A stretch of 64,000 nt of DNA from Gracilinanus agilis (GCF_016433145.1 NC_058132.1:264122516-264186515), one strand, 5' to 3'; counted from the stretch's first letter, positions 40,561 through 54,710 are shown. Numbers and translations: made by a program. The notes: generated by a model from the letters alone, not told the origin.

Positions 40561-42189
40561 TTGCAAGAACAACACCTTCTTGTGGCAGGGATCAACCATA
40601 ACTGGGAGACCAGAGTTGTAGAGTTGGAATGGTAATGATATACAGGGGAGGGGTCAACCAGGTTCTTTAACTTTATGAGCTCTGGGCACAGCGGACAAAA
40701 TTTGGTCTTCTATAGGTGGTCAACCTACAACACTTCGTGCCATGGGTTAGGTATGTGGGGAAGGCCACAGACGCCAAAGCTACCAACTGGGACCTTGGAC
40801 TGCTGCAAGGCACGGGATGGAGTGGGGGAAGGCGAACACACTCGAGGTTTGCTTATGCATTCCAAGGCTACCCAGTCACAAGGAAAGAGAATTTTCTAGA
40901 AGGGAAAAAATGTGGCAAAACTCCTTCAAGAAGAAAAAACAAAACACCACATTTGGCTTGTTTCATGCCGGGATTCTAGTCATTCTGAGGTCTTTGGGAT
41001 TTAACTCCAGCAAGAGATGTTGTGTCCCCTTATTTATTTTCCATAGGCCGTTTAGAATCACGATTTCCCCGATTGCCTCTCTTGAAAAAGAGAACAACAT
41101 GGTTGGAAGTAGGGAGAAAGTCAGACAACTAAACTCGAAAGTATAGGTAGAAAACACTGGATATGGAAGTCAGTTGGTTCCAAGTCAAAAATCTGTTCCG
41201 GGATAAATGAACTCACCTGCAAGGGCCTCTTTATGTGTAGAGGACCAGACTCTATAGCTATGATTTCTACCAATTCTAAATACAGAGATGATCTTCCTCG
41301 GGACTCCACTTTGAGCATTCTCCAGAGGCTGGGGCTGGGACTTGATTTTAAAGACTGGGAAAAAATACCAATGAGGTGGGAGGCTGGGGAAGGAGCACCA
41401 GGCACTTCCGAATCTGACTTAATTAAATGAATACCAAGATAAATCTGCTCTTTCTCTGCTTCAAAGTTATCAAGGCCAAACTTGATTTTTCTGAACAAGG
41501 TTTACAAAATAATCCAAAGGCTATAAAATAAGAAAAATCAAGACACCGAGAGTAGCGTTTTCCTTTGGGTAAGAAAGATATGTACACACTCGGTTAGATA
41601 ATTCTCTTTGCAGCACTGGAATAGCTTTTTGAGTGAAGGCCTCTAATTTAGCAGCAGCTTCAGGAGGGAAAAGTGCTTTGAACTAAGATTCTGGGTAATC
41701 TGAATTCAAAACAGTTTACTAAGAAAACTGGAATTTTGATTAACAGCTATTCTAGCAAAGTCTGTGTTTGAGAACAATTTGCCTGAGGAGTTTGGGCTGG
41801 AGGTGAGGGGCAGCAGAGAAATGCTGGACGGTTAAAAGAAACAGGGGAATATATAAAAGCCCAGAATGAGGAAAGGCTTTTCATACTTCTTGGACCCCAT
41901 AAAGATTGAGAAGCAACATTTTTTGAAAAGATACAGTTTAAAGCTATTTGTACTCAATTTGAATCCATTAACTTTTTTTTTTTAAAGCAAAACAAAATAA
42001 AATAACTTGCGTAATCCTACAACCTACCATATTTTATCTGAGGAAAAAAAAGTGTTTAAAAATATACCTGCTAGATTGGAATATTCTCTTCATTCAGGCT
42101 TGTGCTAGCTAGGTAAAGCAAAATAGCCATTTTTTTCTGATAATGGAAATCCAAGTGCTGTATACCTGCTCCCTGTTCCATTCCTATAA

Positions 42190-43260
42190 TAGCTGACATT
42201 TCAAGAAACACTTTTTGGTTTACAAAGTGCTTTATATAATAGTGTAATCTCACCAGATCCTGGTAAATAGGTTGTACAGGTATTATTCTGATTTTACAGG
42301 TGAAGCTATTGAGGTTCAAAGGTTAAGGCTCTTGTACCTCACACCAGCTAGGATGGGAAACAAAGTGTCTCTTGACTCCAGTAAGCCCTACATTAGGTTG
42401 GGTACTCAGTTTCAATATACTTACCCTTTTATGACCCAAACCATTTCGATACTGTTGTTTCCCCATACTTTCTAATCTGTGGGTCACCTAATGGAGTCCC
42501 AACTAGTCCATGCCATATAACAAAACTCAACATAGTCTATTTTCTGTTAGCTCTGGGAAAGCAGGGTAAGTGAAGGCAAAAGCAAAAATATGTGACTACC
42601 CAAAAAGTCACCTAGGCATACTGAAAAGCTTCGATTCCTAATTTTTGCCTTAAACTTCAACCAGGTAAATTCTAAACACACAAAGTAAAACTTTCCTGAA
42701 AGGCACAGCACTAAAAAACACCCTCACCCAAGAAGCTTTGGTTTTGTTAAGCTCACTTAAGATTATGGGAGCTTGGGAGCTTTTGGGAAGGGAGACTTCA
42801 ATATTTGCCTAGACATTTTATAATGAGCTATTTGAGAATCTCCTTTGCCAAGCTCTATATAATGAGTTTCTATTTACATAATGCTTTATGATTTAGAAAG
42901 GCACTTGACACAACCCTATGATGAGGCAGTTTTTTTGTTTTTTTTTTGTTCAGACCTGGAATTTGATCCATGTAAGGAACTCTCAGTTTGGAAATCCTTT
43001 CTACCGATCTGCATAGAGGGATACTTCGCTCACATATAACTTGAAAAATAGTTAGGACATTTAGAGGTTAAATGACTTGCTAGTATATGTGAGAGGTAAG
43101 ATTTGAATAAAGGTTGTTCTGACTCCCAAACCAGTCTCCTATGGACTCAGATTGCCTTTTAGTAGACAGTATAAGTATTATTATTCCTTCTGACAGATGA
43201 ACAAATTGTGGTTCTAACAAGTTAAGCTACTTGCCCAAAGCCTCTGGTGTTCAGTACAGT
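42190..43260 (-). mobile_element. Cluster of MIR and CORE-SINE remnants
   Basis: attttacaggtgaag...gaggttcaaaggttaagg; agaggttaaatgacttgc...gatttgaa...ctgactccc (42950-43160). Confidence 0.55.
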
Positions 43261-43877
43261 GGGATGCACACAATGGAAAACAAAAAGCTTAATGATGATA
43301 TCATCATCTCAAGCTGGAAGCTGATTTTAGACAGAGGTAGTATCACTTTATAAATATACCATTTTTTAATGCCTAGAAGATAGTCTGATTTCATCTGCAA
43401 GTGCCCGAACTGGAAAGTCTAAAGAACTTATAGTTGCCTCTTTGGGCTCAAAAATGTCATTTTAAGTTCTTATTCCTTAAAAACAAACAAACAAACAAAC
43501 AAACAAACAAACAAACCAACAAACTGAAAACTTCATTCTCCCCTTCCTAACATTCATTTCATCTAAGTCTTGAGAATGTAATTTGTGCTACATTAATAGT
43601 AGTTTCTGTATGAAATTTCACCTGAATGCCTTTAACAAAATGTTCATGTACACTCTTTTTCTGGGTTATATGTGAGAGCTGAAAACTAATGGCAACCATT
43701 TTTCATTTGTGAAGTTTTGTTATCACACTGATGTTTTATGTGTTATAAGAGCTTCAAAATGTAAAGGAAAACACATCTCATCTGTATGAGCTTCCTAGAG
43801 TGTTGTCAAATGTAATACTGTCAATTCCACTCAGTGCCAAAAAGACCTCAGGAGACTAGATAGATTGTAAATGTATT

Positions 43878-43883
43878 TTTATT
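43878..43883 (-). terminator. Candidate PSMD14 poly(A) signal
   Basis: TTTATT on plus = AATAAA, about 310 nt after the PSMD14 stop. Confidence 0.6.
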
Positions 43884-44190
43884 ATGTAGCAACAATCAAA
43901 ATATATATGTACTACTGATTTCTTCAAATATTAAATGGTAACTTAATAAAATTTGTCCACTTTGATGTATTCTTGTACTACTTTGGAATCTGCAAAGATC
44001 CTGACCTAAAGAAACAGAAGTAATTGCACAACAGAGACCCAAAGGTGTTACAGAGCTGCTCTTGGACTGCAAATGATGCCAGATGTCTTCCATTTAACCA
44101 AATACACCTTCAGCAGTCGACTGATTGTGAGCGTTAGAAACAATAGACGAATATACACTGAAAGTATCACTAATAGCTTTCTGTTGTTTA

Positions 44191-44289
<99 letters not shown>

Positions 44290-45943
44290 CTAAAAGTAAA
44301 ACAAAAGAAGAAAAGAAGAAATGATCTTAGCAGCAGTAAAAAGAATTATTTTGGTACATTTAAATTTCAGTGCCTGGTAATATTGCAAATGGAAAAATTG
44401 AGATAAACTATGCTACACTTAAAATTTCCTGAAACCTATAACTTCAACTCTTACCATTTATTGTTGAATTCAATTTCCAATATAACAGATAAGTTATATC
44501 ATCACTGCTCATATTCTTCCAGAATTTGGTCTGAATGTACAATAATGAATTCTATAAGCAGTACTCTTGTGTTTATTTGGGAGGAAAAGAACTTCTCTCT
44601 TGTTACACACACACGTTTAACTGAGTGAATCTATTAAGAACAATATACAAAAGAACTATGCCTAATGAAAGTGAAGATCAGTGAAATCCGGCATCATTTT
44701 AATAAACCTACTTCAATATGCCTTGTTTTGACTGATTTGGAAAAGAGATTTTTTTAACTGAAACTTACTGTTTGAAGTTGAGAGAATCTAAATACTAATT
44801 TTAAGCAATTTCACACATAAGAACAAGTACTGATAAGGCCATTTGGCTAAATTTTGTTGTTTTGCTGGAAAAAACTGATTAAATTAGGATGGAAGAATTT
44901 TTCTTTTTTGCATTTTTATAAATGGCTAGAAAATTTAGGCAAATAATATTATGTTCCAGCCCAAAAGTAGTTTGTAATTGAATATAAAAAGTGCTGAAAA
45001 AGGTAGTGTGTAATGGACACAATAAACAAATCTTTAATTAAAACAATGCTAATAGGTACTGCTGAAATACCCAAGACTCTCAAGTTTACACAGTTGCTCA
45101 TCGGTCAAATAATTACTTGGCTATGTCTCTGTAAACTGTATGTTCAAGACCCTGAGGTTATCTATACCACTGAATTCCCACAAAATTCAACCAGCAATGT
45201 CAAATGGATAAACCACAAAACTGTAATTTGTTAAAAGGTGAATCAGAAAGATAGATTTGCAAAAGAAATAGAATAAGAGTTTGGGTTGTTTTTTTGTTGC
45301 ATACGTGCGTTTGCTTGCGTGCGTGCATGTGTGTGTGTTTGTCCCTTCATGGAGAAGAGGCCAAAATTGAAATACTAAGATCTTTTGGATGATCCTTATG
45401 AGCATAAAAAGTGCCAATTTCCCTCGGTTTACTTATTTTTTAATTAGCTACTTCATTTCCCTACTAGGTGGAAAAGAAAACCCAACATTAAAAGACCAAG
45501 TAAAAAGAAGTTAGGATGTTGTATCAGTGAAAACAATGGAAAGTGAAAAACACCTTCAAATACCATATATCCTACAGCCCAAATAATTTCTGAGTATTAT
45601 GGAAAATTTCCTACAAGTGGCAAATAGGAATTCCTAACCCTAAAAAAATTGGTAACTTAATTTGAAGTATACCAGAAAATTAAAAACAAAATCACATACC
45701 CATGTAGCAAAAAACTATACTACATATGTCCAAAATATACAGAAAATGGGAGGCATAAGAAAAGCTTATTTAAAATGATCTTACCCACTACTTTTTTTCT
45801 TAAAGGAAAATAATATTTAGGACATAATAGAATCTTCATTTATTACATTTAAAGATGAACTGTGCCCCTAGTGTTTTACTGGGATAACTGGCTCTAAACT
45901 GGTAGCATCCTCTCCTCAGTCATCTACACTACATTCTTGTGGC

Positions 45944-46139
45944 NNNNNNNNNNNNNNNNNNNNNNNNNNNNNNNNNNNNNNNNNNNNNNNNNNNNNNNNN
46001 NNNNNNNNNNNNNNNNNNNNNNNNNNNNNNNNNNNNNNNNNNNNNNNNNNNNNNNNNNNNNNNNNNNNNNNNNNNNNNNNNNNNNNNNNNNNNNNNNNNN
46101 NNNNNNNNNNNNNNNNNNNNNNNNNNNNNNNNNNNNNNN
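45944..46139. other. Assembly gap (196 N) in the last PSMD14 intron
   Basis: Run of N. Confidence 0.99.
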
Positions 46140-46559
46140 AGTATTCAATGTTCTTTAAAAAACAGTCTCATTAATCTAAAGAGTCTCCTAATAGGTGAGA
46201 TTTTTATTTTTCCCTTCCCTCAATGACAGGGAATAAAATGTTTATTTTTCGTAAAACCCAAGACCACCTACTTCTGAACACAATTATATATTTTTAGGTA
46301 TCTCAATTCTTATTTTCCCCCCTCTGTTTTGGGGTAAGAGCATAGATAACTATTTAAATCTGTATGTATGGGATTTTAATTTCAGTTACCACACAAATAT
46401 CTATTCAACAGATGTTTAAAGCCAGACTTTAAAAATTTATTCCTTATAAAATAATTTCAACAAAATAGCTGTCTTAGGTAAGTGAATTATTAGGGATTTA
46501 ACTTTTCAAAGAACAAAAAATGCACAAAGAGCATCAAATGTCCCTGAAATTAATTTCAC

Positions 46560-46920
46560 ATTTCTTTAGTCCAATAAACATTTATTAAGTACCTATTGTG
46601 TGCAGAGACTTGGGGAGAAGTTTGGATAGGATCCAGTAAGGAGGTAACTACAATGTACAATAATATATAAGTGTATTAAAGAAAACAAAGTTATATATGA
46701 GGGTAAAAGGGGAAGGTCCTTCCCAATTAAGGGAATTACTAAAGTATTCATAGAAGAGATGTTATTTGAGTTAGTTAGGCTTTAAAGGTCCTGGAGGCAT
46801 TTAATAGGAAGTACAGAGAATGGTCAGGGAGGAGAGGGACTGTTAGACTAGTTTGAATGAAGCGGAATAAATGGAGGAGTAATAAGAAACAAAGTCTTGA
46901 ATGTAGACCAGAGAAAAACA
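46560..46920 (-). mobile_element. L2 3' remnant
   Basis: tccaataaacatttattaagtacctattgtgtgcag followed by a purine-rich body. Confidence 0.6.
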
Positions 46921-46958
46921 AAGCAGTAGACAGAAAAAAAAGCAGAGAAAGTTCCCTA

Positions 46959-47126
<168 letters not shown>

Positions 47127-49199
47127 TTATTTATTTTTCCACAGCATTAAAAAAAAAATCATCAAGTAAACAATAACTTTCATTCATAGAATTCATTCAG
47201 AACTGCTGTTTAGTGAGAACTCTTTTGCTAATCTTCATGACTTAATTATCAATTTGAAGGCTTAAGAACTATATTAAAAATTATACAAAATCATAGTTTT
47301 ACCATAAGAAAATAAATGCTTTGAGAGTTAAGAAATTGCTAATGATCTATTTTTTTTCAAGATTACATAACCTTATGATATGGGTGACACTCAATGGCAT
47401 TTGAAAGAAGTATTGGTTGTATTCTACCAACGTATTAGATGAACTTTAACGGGCTGTTCCTTCTAGTTCTATGATTCATTTATAGAACTGAAAACAACTA
47501 GGAGAGAAGCAATCACTTGCTAAGGGAAATCCCTCACAGTACTGGTGACCACAGAAATAGTGACAAAGGAACATGGTACAGATACACAAATGCAAGATAC
47601 CTATTGGGTGCTTCAAACTGATCACCTTGCTGCCAAATTTCCTCACTTTTAGGAAACTCAATCCCTCTTCAAATGCTTTCCATAAATTGAGAAGTTTGGC
47701 CACATTTCACACCTTCTAATGGTTTTATAAACAGAGAACTTGAAAATGAGCAGAGATGGCAAGTGCATAATTTTGTAAATGGATAAGGTACCTAGAGAAT
47801 TTACCCCAACAGAAGAACCATCCCCAAAAGAAAAGATGCTAGATTAAGAATTGTATCTACTAATTATTAGATTATATTTCTTTAACACACACTTAAAAAA
47901 TAAAATTATGATTCATAAAAAATGAGCAAAAGAAAAATAGCAATTAATAACCTCCCCAATTGGGAATCCCCAGGGTAGCAAGTATGTTCATTTTCAAGGT
48001 GAGATGTCATTCCTCTATTTCCAGATAGTAGAAATTTGATTTTTAACTGGGAACTTCCTTCTCCACATACTCTAGTGTTATGTGGTTTTCCTAGTAAAAC
48101 TGCATGAACAATATTGTAAATCTCAGGCGGGTTTAGTTTACATGGATCTACTGATTATATTAGGAGTAATTAAATTGGCTAAGATTCTGTCCTGCAAATT
48201 TACTTTAAAAAAGCCCAATGTTATTATATTAATTATATCATATCAAATTATATTATAATATATACTTTCCTCCACCAATTTTAAAGCCAGGCATACATCT
48301 CATCTGAAGAGCAGTATCTAACACTTTGTATTATATGATCACTCATGATGGACAATACCAACAATGGTACCTCGTATAGTATTAGAAGACAAGAATTGTG
48401 GAGTTTGGCTCAATATACTAATCCATTAACACACACACACACACACACACAAAACCTATTAGGAAATGATTTCTTACTACTATATATATCTATAGGTAAT
48501 ATAAGTAGGCACAGGTGAATAAGCTCTAGCTCATAAAGTGACTAAAATTGTTTATACTATATAGCTACCTTATAAATTACTTTTCCCCCATTTTCAATAA
48601 TCCCCCTGGAGAGAGAAAGAAATGCTCACAAACTCCTTGTTAAATGCAGATGGCAAAAAGTACTCCCAGCCATAGCTGCCATCTGGGAATTGAGGAGCAG
48701 CTGTAGATTTAGGCATACACCAAGGTTGCAAACCTTCATGGCAAAAGGGTAAGTATATTCCATTCAGTAATAAGGGAGGCCAAACTCACCTACCAAAAGC
48801 CTTTAACATTTCTTTCATCTACTTGCTTTACCTCTATTTGTATACATTGAGACCAGATCAGTTTGTCTTCACTCATATTCCTAGTCTGGCCAGTCACCAG
48901 AAAAATTCAGAAATGGTAGCAGTAGAATTAAATGAAATTCAGGCACAGGCAGTGTCCTCACTAGGGAACTTCTGTGTTTATGGCAACTTCTATGATTTGG
49001 CGTCAAATTTTGCTTTTGCATTCATGTTCATCGGTTTACTCAACCAACAAAAAGCACTGAAAATGTTTGTGGCTATTCACACTAGAAACGTTTATAACAG
49101 TTTATCAACAAAGACCCCCAGATGGCTATCCCATCGTGCACTGTCTGCACAGTTCTTGAAAATTCTTGGAACAAGGTCTGATGCATGATCATAATCCCC

Positions 49200-49900
49200 C
49201 TAAAAGTCTTCTCTGTCTTAAAAAGCTTTCACTCAACCCCCAAAACTCAAATGTCATTCCATCTTTTTTTCTTTTTCTTCTTTAAGCACCTGTGGCTTCA
49301 ATTCTCATGATTTTAGTAAAACTCCTTTTGGGGATCTCCTTCCAGGTCAAATCCATTGTGTTCTTTTTAGTTCTCCTTCTTTTTCACCTCTTCAAAACAA
49401 CTAACCATCTGGTTTCCATGTGATATTCTGTAAGCTCAGTTTCCTCTAAAATAATGTTTTACTATTAATGTCTCTTGCCACTCTTCTCATTTTTCTTACC
49501 TTGTACCTACCAAGTTCCTTGTAACTACCAAGCATTCCAAGAGGATCAGTCCTTTTCCCCCTGCTCTTCCCCTTAAAAGCTGCCATTTAAACATCTAATT
49601 CCAACCACCTATGTATGTGGCTACATCTCCTATATCTCATTAACAACTAATATGTGACATGTCAAAAACAACTCTAACATCATCGCCTCTCAGTCACTTC
49701 TTCTTCCCGATTTCCTATTGCTGACAATGAAGCCATTAATTCTTTTTTCCTCAGGCTGGCTTACAAAGATGTGCCTGAGTATCAAGAAAATAGAGAAGTA
49801 TCAGAGCCAGGACTCAAATATGAATGTTCTAAATGCCTTTTCTTTTTACAATAATGCAACACACTTGAAATTATTGAGGTGTAACATGAAGAACACGGAA
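49200..49900 (+). mobile_element. L2 ORF2 (RT) remnant
   Basis: 49531-49569 translates SIPRGSVLFPLLF, resembling the L2/CR1 RT motif GVPQGSVLGPLLF; pyrimidine-rich flanks. Confidence 0.6.
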
Positions 49901-50971
49901 CTACCAGAAGGATGGAAAAGGCTGTGGAATTTGTAAACTAGTGAGTTTTAGGGAGTAAAAAAGGGCTAAAGGATGCAGATGTAATAACTGTAAGGATCCT
50001 TGTTTGAGAGGTTTTGTGGGGAAAAGGTAGCTAGAGTGGAATTCTTTATTCAAGATGAGGTGATCTCTACAAGTTTGAAAGCAAAGGGGAAAGAGTCAGA
50101 GAAGTGAGAAAGAACATATTGGAACGAGACCTTTCAGGAAATAGGAAGAGGTGTGACTAAAGGCACAGGTAATGCCCTTAAAGTGGAGGAAGAGGGACAT
50201 CTGTTCCTTTGAGACTAAACGGAAAGGAAATACAGTATTATGATCCAATACAGGCCATGCTTTTTTCCTGCTTTTTTTCCTGCTTGTATAAAACTTAAGT
50301 GTATCCTATAATTGCACTTTTAGTACCACAAATAGTACTTAAGCTTTCCTGGTTTCCTTAGAAGTAGCAGAAGCAGTATCAGTGTTTTCCCTCTGGCCCA
50401 CACACCTGCTGGAGAAACCTGTTCTGAATGCTCCTACGTTGTAAAATGAGGGAGACTAAACAGATAGCTTTAGCAAGAATCTTCCTAAAGTCATGTTTTA
50501 ATGATGCCATTCCTATGATCTGAAACCTAGAGCAACTCTTAAATGCTTTTTACACTGAGTTCAAACTCCTTACAATGTACTTTATGACCCACAAATCAAA
50601 AGGCCCAAATGTCTTTCTAGATCAAGGTATATTAATCTTATCTATTTAAGAGTCAGAGTCAATAAACATTTAATAAGTGCCTAACATGTTCCAGGGATAC
50701 AAAGAAAGGTATAAGATAGTCCCTGCCCTCAAAGAGTTCACAATCTAATAGGGGTGAGAGGGAGGTTGGGGTGAAAGGTACAACATACCCCAAAAGTTGA
50801 AAAGCTTGGGGAAGGGAGGTGTTAGGGGGAAATCTTAGCTTGGGGGCTTGATGAAGTCATGTAGCTGGAAAGGGAAATGAGCAAAGTTGTGAGTTTTGAG
50901 TTGATTTCATCTTTCAGATGCCACCTGAAGATGAGGAAGTCCAGGAAAATAGATGGGAGGGGAATGATGAT

Positions 50972-51103
50972 ACTTTTGTGTCATGAACCTTTTTGTCAGA
51001 CCCATTAAAAACTATGGACCACTTCTCAGAAAATGTACAGAAGAAATAATTATATTGAAATATAGTTATCAAAATTGTAAAAATTTTCAGTACACGGTCC
51101 CCC
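50972..51103. mobile_element. Second copy (partial) of the hAT-type MITE
   Basis: tgtgtcatgaacc...atggaccacttctcagaa...aattatattgaaatatagttatcaaaat. Confidence 0.55.
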
Positions 51104-53378
51104 AAAGATTTCCCCAAGGAATCTGAGAAAATTAGACAAAGAATCTCTGGTCTAGACTAATTTCTTATTTAGCAATAAATTAAAATCTTCAGTTCAGTCA
51201 AATTTACTCTTACAACAACAGCATCAATGCCACACTGATATAGTACCGTTAAGATTTACAAAGCACCACCCTCACAATAACCAAGTGGCAAGTATTATTC
51301 ACTTTTTTACAGATAAGGAAACTCATACATAGAAGTGGGAAATGTCTTAGACATAGTTCTGAAGATAAGAGCTGACAAAGCCAACCCTTCTGACATCATG
51401 ATCTTTCCACTATGCCAAGCAAGGCTGACTTCTCTGTCAAAAATGTTTTCCCTTCTATCTTTCCTTCTTGAAAGACATCTCAACTATTTTATGCCTCATG
51501 TATCGTCTCTCAAAATCTTAGTACCACTTCTTGGTAGTAAGAAAAAGAGTTAGTAAATTAGATGAGTGTAGAAAGCCAATAGGAGTCCACTATAAAAAAT
51601 TATTCTAATATATCTACCTTGAGAATAGACTTCTCCCCTTAAACTCTCAGGGTTGGCTTCATGTTACCTATTCTTTGAATAAAGCTAATAAAGCTGACTA
51701 GTGTTCTCTTGATCAAATGACTGAAAACAATTTCAACTATCATCAATGCATAATTTTACTTTTTAATGATGCCTTTTGTTTTTTAATATTACATGACCCA
51801 TTCTTTGCAACAAAGATTAAAAAGAAAAGTGCAGTTCTACAAAACCATCCAAATACATTTTGGCTAGGTATTAAATTTTAACTACTATTTTACCATTTAT
51901 ACATGATCCTTACCCTGGCATTACTTTGCCCAGTTTTCAAATTCAGGCCAGAAATACCTTTTGGGTCCTGAATACAAACTTCTCCTTGAATAGAAAATAT
52001 ACCACTAAAACAGGATCACTTCAGGGAAGGGAAAGAGGAGGAAGGGAGACAATATGGATCATATAATTTTGGAAAACTTATGTGGAAATTTTGTTATTCA
52101 TGTAATTGGCAAAAAAAAAACATAAAATAAGATTGCTTAGAATGGAAAAAAAATTTAAAATAGAAATATGGCATAGTTGAACTTGATATCTCTAAAGAGA
52201 CCACAGCTAATTCATAACTATCCATTTTATTTAAGAGGGCAGACTTAAGGAATAATTTAAAGAACTATTAATTTATTTACCTTCAAAAAGTTTGTGAAAT
52301 CACATATCTTTAAACGGTTAGCATTCTGGGAAAATTTCAAGTGTAGGTTGAACAAGAGACTATTTTTCAACCAAGGATTAATCTATCTATGCTTGGAAAG
52401 GCTGATCACCAGCCAATCTGGTTGAAGGTGACATATTTTTGCCCATAAAAATTCATCAAGACTGTTTATTAAATTGTAGAGAGATGGTAATCTGAATCAG
52501 GGGAGGACAATGGCTTCATTGATAGAAAATCATGGGTTTGTGAAGTACTGAAAATGTAACTTAAAAAGTTAAGTTTTGATAGAGTGTAAGATTTTAATAA
52601 CATCAAACTCATTTAAACCAAAAAATAATTTTTTATTGTAAAGTTAGAGGGAACATATCAGCTGATAACACCGAATAGGATTCTGATCCATGTAAAGAAA
52701 TCTGAGGAAATGCCTTCAAACAGAATTAAAAAACAAACAAAAAAAGATAAAGAAAAGAAAAGCAGGTTGTTGTAGAAACTAGTAACCAGAAAACTATTAA
52801 CTCAAAATAAGAAAAAAAAGTGTTTTTGCCCATATTAATAACACTATCATGTTTGTCTTTTCAAAATTTTAGTTAGAAGTGAAGATAGAATATAGAAAAA
52901 ATACTATGATAATAATTTAAAATCTCATTTAACTAAGTTGGAAATAGTAAAACTTCTCTTGTTAGTGAGATTAAAAGACTGGAAAAAAGAGATACTTCCA
53001 AGAGCTCTTGATTCCAAGCAAAAGCCAAATGTATAGGTACTACCTACATCCTGAAGAGATTTTGCCTCTAAGGCTGAGTTAGGGATTCTATTCTTCTCAT
53101 ATTAAAGGGAAGGTTCCAGTTACATTAAAAAGTATGAGGTCTATGAGTTTTATTTCATTTTTGTATATCCTCTCCACACCTGCCAAAATACTCTTCATAG
53201 TTTGCATATTTGCTGAGTATTTTTAATTTAAAAAAAAAAAAAAAGGATTAGATTGGAAGTGGATGTGTTTTTAAAAATCTTATGCTGTATTGCTTGCCAC
53301 CTCAAAGAGAAGGCAAGGAAAGAAGGAAGAAAATTTAGATTGAAAAACAGCAGAAAACCAATGTTAAAAATTGTTTCT

Positions 53379-53568
53379 GGGGTGGCTAGATGGCTCAGTA
53401 GATAGAGTGCCAGGTGTCAGGAGGTCCTGGGTTCAAATCAGAACTAAGACACTTCTTAGCTGTGTCCTGGCAAGTCATTTAACCCCAACTGCTTAGCCCA
53501 AACCACTCTTCTGCCTTGGAATGGATACATATTATTGATTCTAAGACAGAAGTTAAGGGTTTAAAAAC
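53379..53568 (+). mobile_element. SINE1_Mdo-like SINE with perfect 10-bp TSD, inserted in an older L1 3' end
   Basis: A-box/B-box head (tggctcagtagatagag; gggttcaaatc), CORE, tail ctaagacagaagttaagggtttaaaaa; TSD AATTGTTTCT at 53369-53378 and 53569-53578. Confidence 0.9.
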
Positions 53569-53759
53569 AATTGTTTCTATATGCTTATCGGGGGGGGGGG
53601 GGAGGGAACAACAAAAAAACTAACAAAAAATTTTGATGCTATATATTTTACAAATACAAATCTTGGTTAATTCTAGGTGATATCTATTTAGTAGCTCAAA
53701 TAAAGTTTTATGATTAATAGAAAAAGGCTTTATCTGAGCTGCTTGTTATTTGCTTTGCT

Positions 53760-54260
53760 GTAATAGACTGCTTCCAGTCTCTTCCCTCTCTAATCCAAAC
53801 TTCATGTAGTTATCAAAATAAGGTTCTTAAGGTATGGGATCTGTTGTCAGTCTTATTCAGAAGCCTTCAGTGGTTCCCTATTGGTTCTAAGACTTAAGTT
53901 TTAACTGTCTGCAATCTGACTCTTATCCACCTTTTCAAAATTGCTTTATGCTATTCTTCCTCAAACAAACTGGATTGCTATCTGTTCCTTGAACTTAATG
54001 CTTTTTGAACGTGCTTCTAGTCCATTCTTTCCAAATACTGACCTCTTAAAGTGTGTCTTTCTTCAAGGCTCACTTGAGATTCTACAGTCTCTGAGGAAGT
54101 ATTTATTCTCTGACTCTTAGTTGTTAAGTGTCCTTTTCCTCAACTTACAAAGTATTATATTTATTTATATACATGTTCTATCCCTCATAGTACAAGGTAA
54201 ACTCTGGAGGGCAGAAGATATTTTTTATCTTTGTGATTTCAACATCAACCATTGGGCTTT
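53760..54260 (+). mobile_element. L2 3' remnant
   Basis: tcttcaaggctcacttgag...aaactctggagggcagaag...tttatctttgtgatttc. Confidence 0.55.
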
Positions 54261-54519
54261 CCACATAACATTTGCTTCATGTTGATGGACTAGGATTATT
54301 TTTATGTTAAAACATCTAAGCAGGTATTAAATTTATTATGTTAAATTTTATTTTAGATGATGAAAACCTTTAATTCCTATATGTACTTTAAAACTTATCA
54401 ATTATTAAGCATTTAATTGGTAGCAAAAATATCATTTAAACAGAAACTTTGTCATTTAATATTTGGCTTTTGTAGTATAACCTAGAGGCAGTCATGTGTT
54501 CTAAATGAATACTTTTGGG

Positions 54520-54710
54520 TCCTGAATATTGTCAAGTGGAAAGAATAATGATTTAAAGGTTAGAGAATCTGGGTTCGAATTCCAGTCTATGTAACCATCT
54601 GTGTGACTTAGGGCAAGTCACATAATGTTTTTGGGTCTTGGTTTCCTAATATGAAAAATGAGGAAATTGGACTAGATGACCATTGAAGTTCTTTCTAGAT
54701 CTGAATCTAT
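54520..54710 (+). mobile_element. MIR/MIR3 CORE-SINE
   Basis: ctgggttcgaattcc...tgtgtgacttagggcaagtcac...gtttcctaatatgaaaaatgagg...ggactagatgacc. Confidence 0.75.

Noticed and set aside
50149-50156. T-box half-site AGGTGTGA (possible TBR1 autoregulation)
   Set aside because: Single 8-mer inside probable L2-derived sequence; expected by chance.
53379-53450. tRNA-like A/B boxes in SINE heads
   Set aside because: They are tRNA-derived SINE promoters, not tRNA genes; no cloverleaf.
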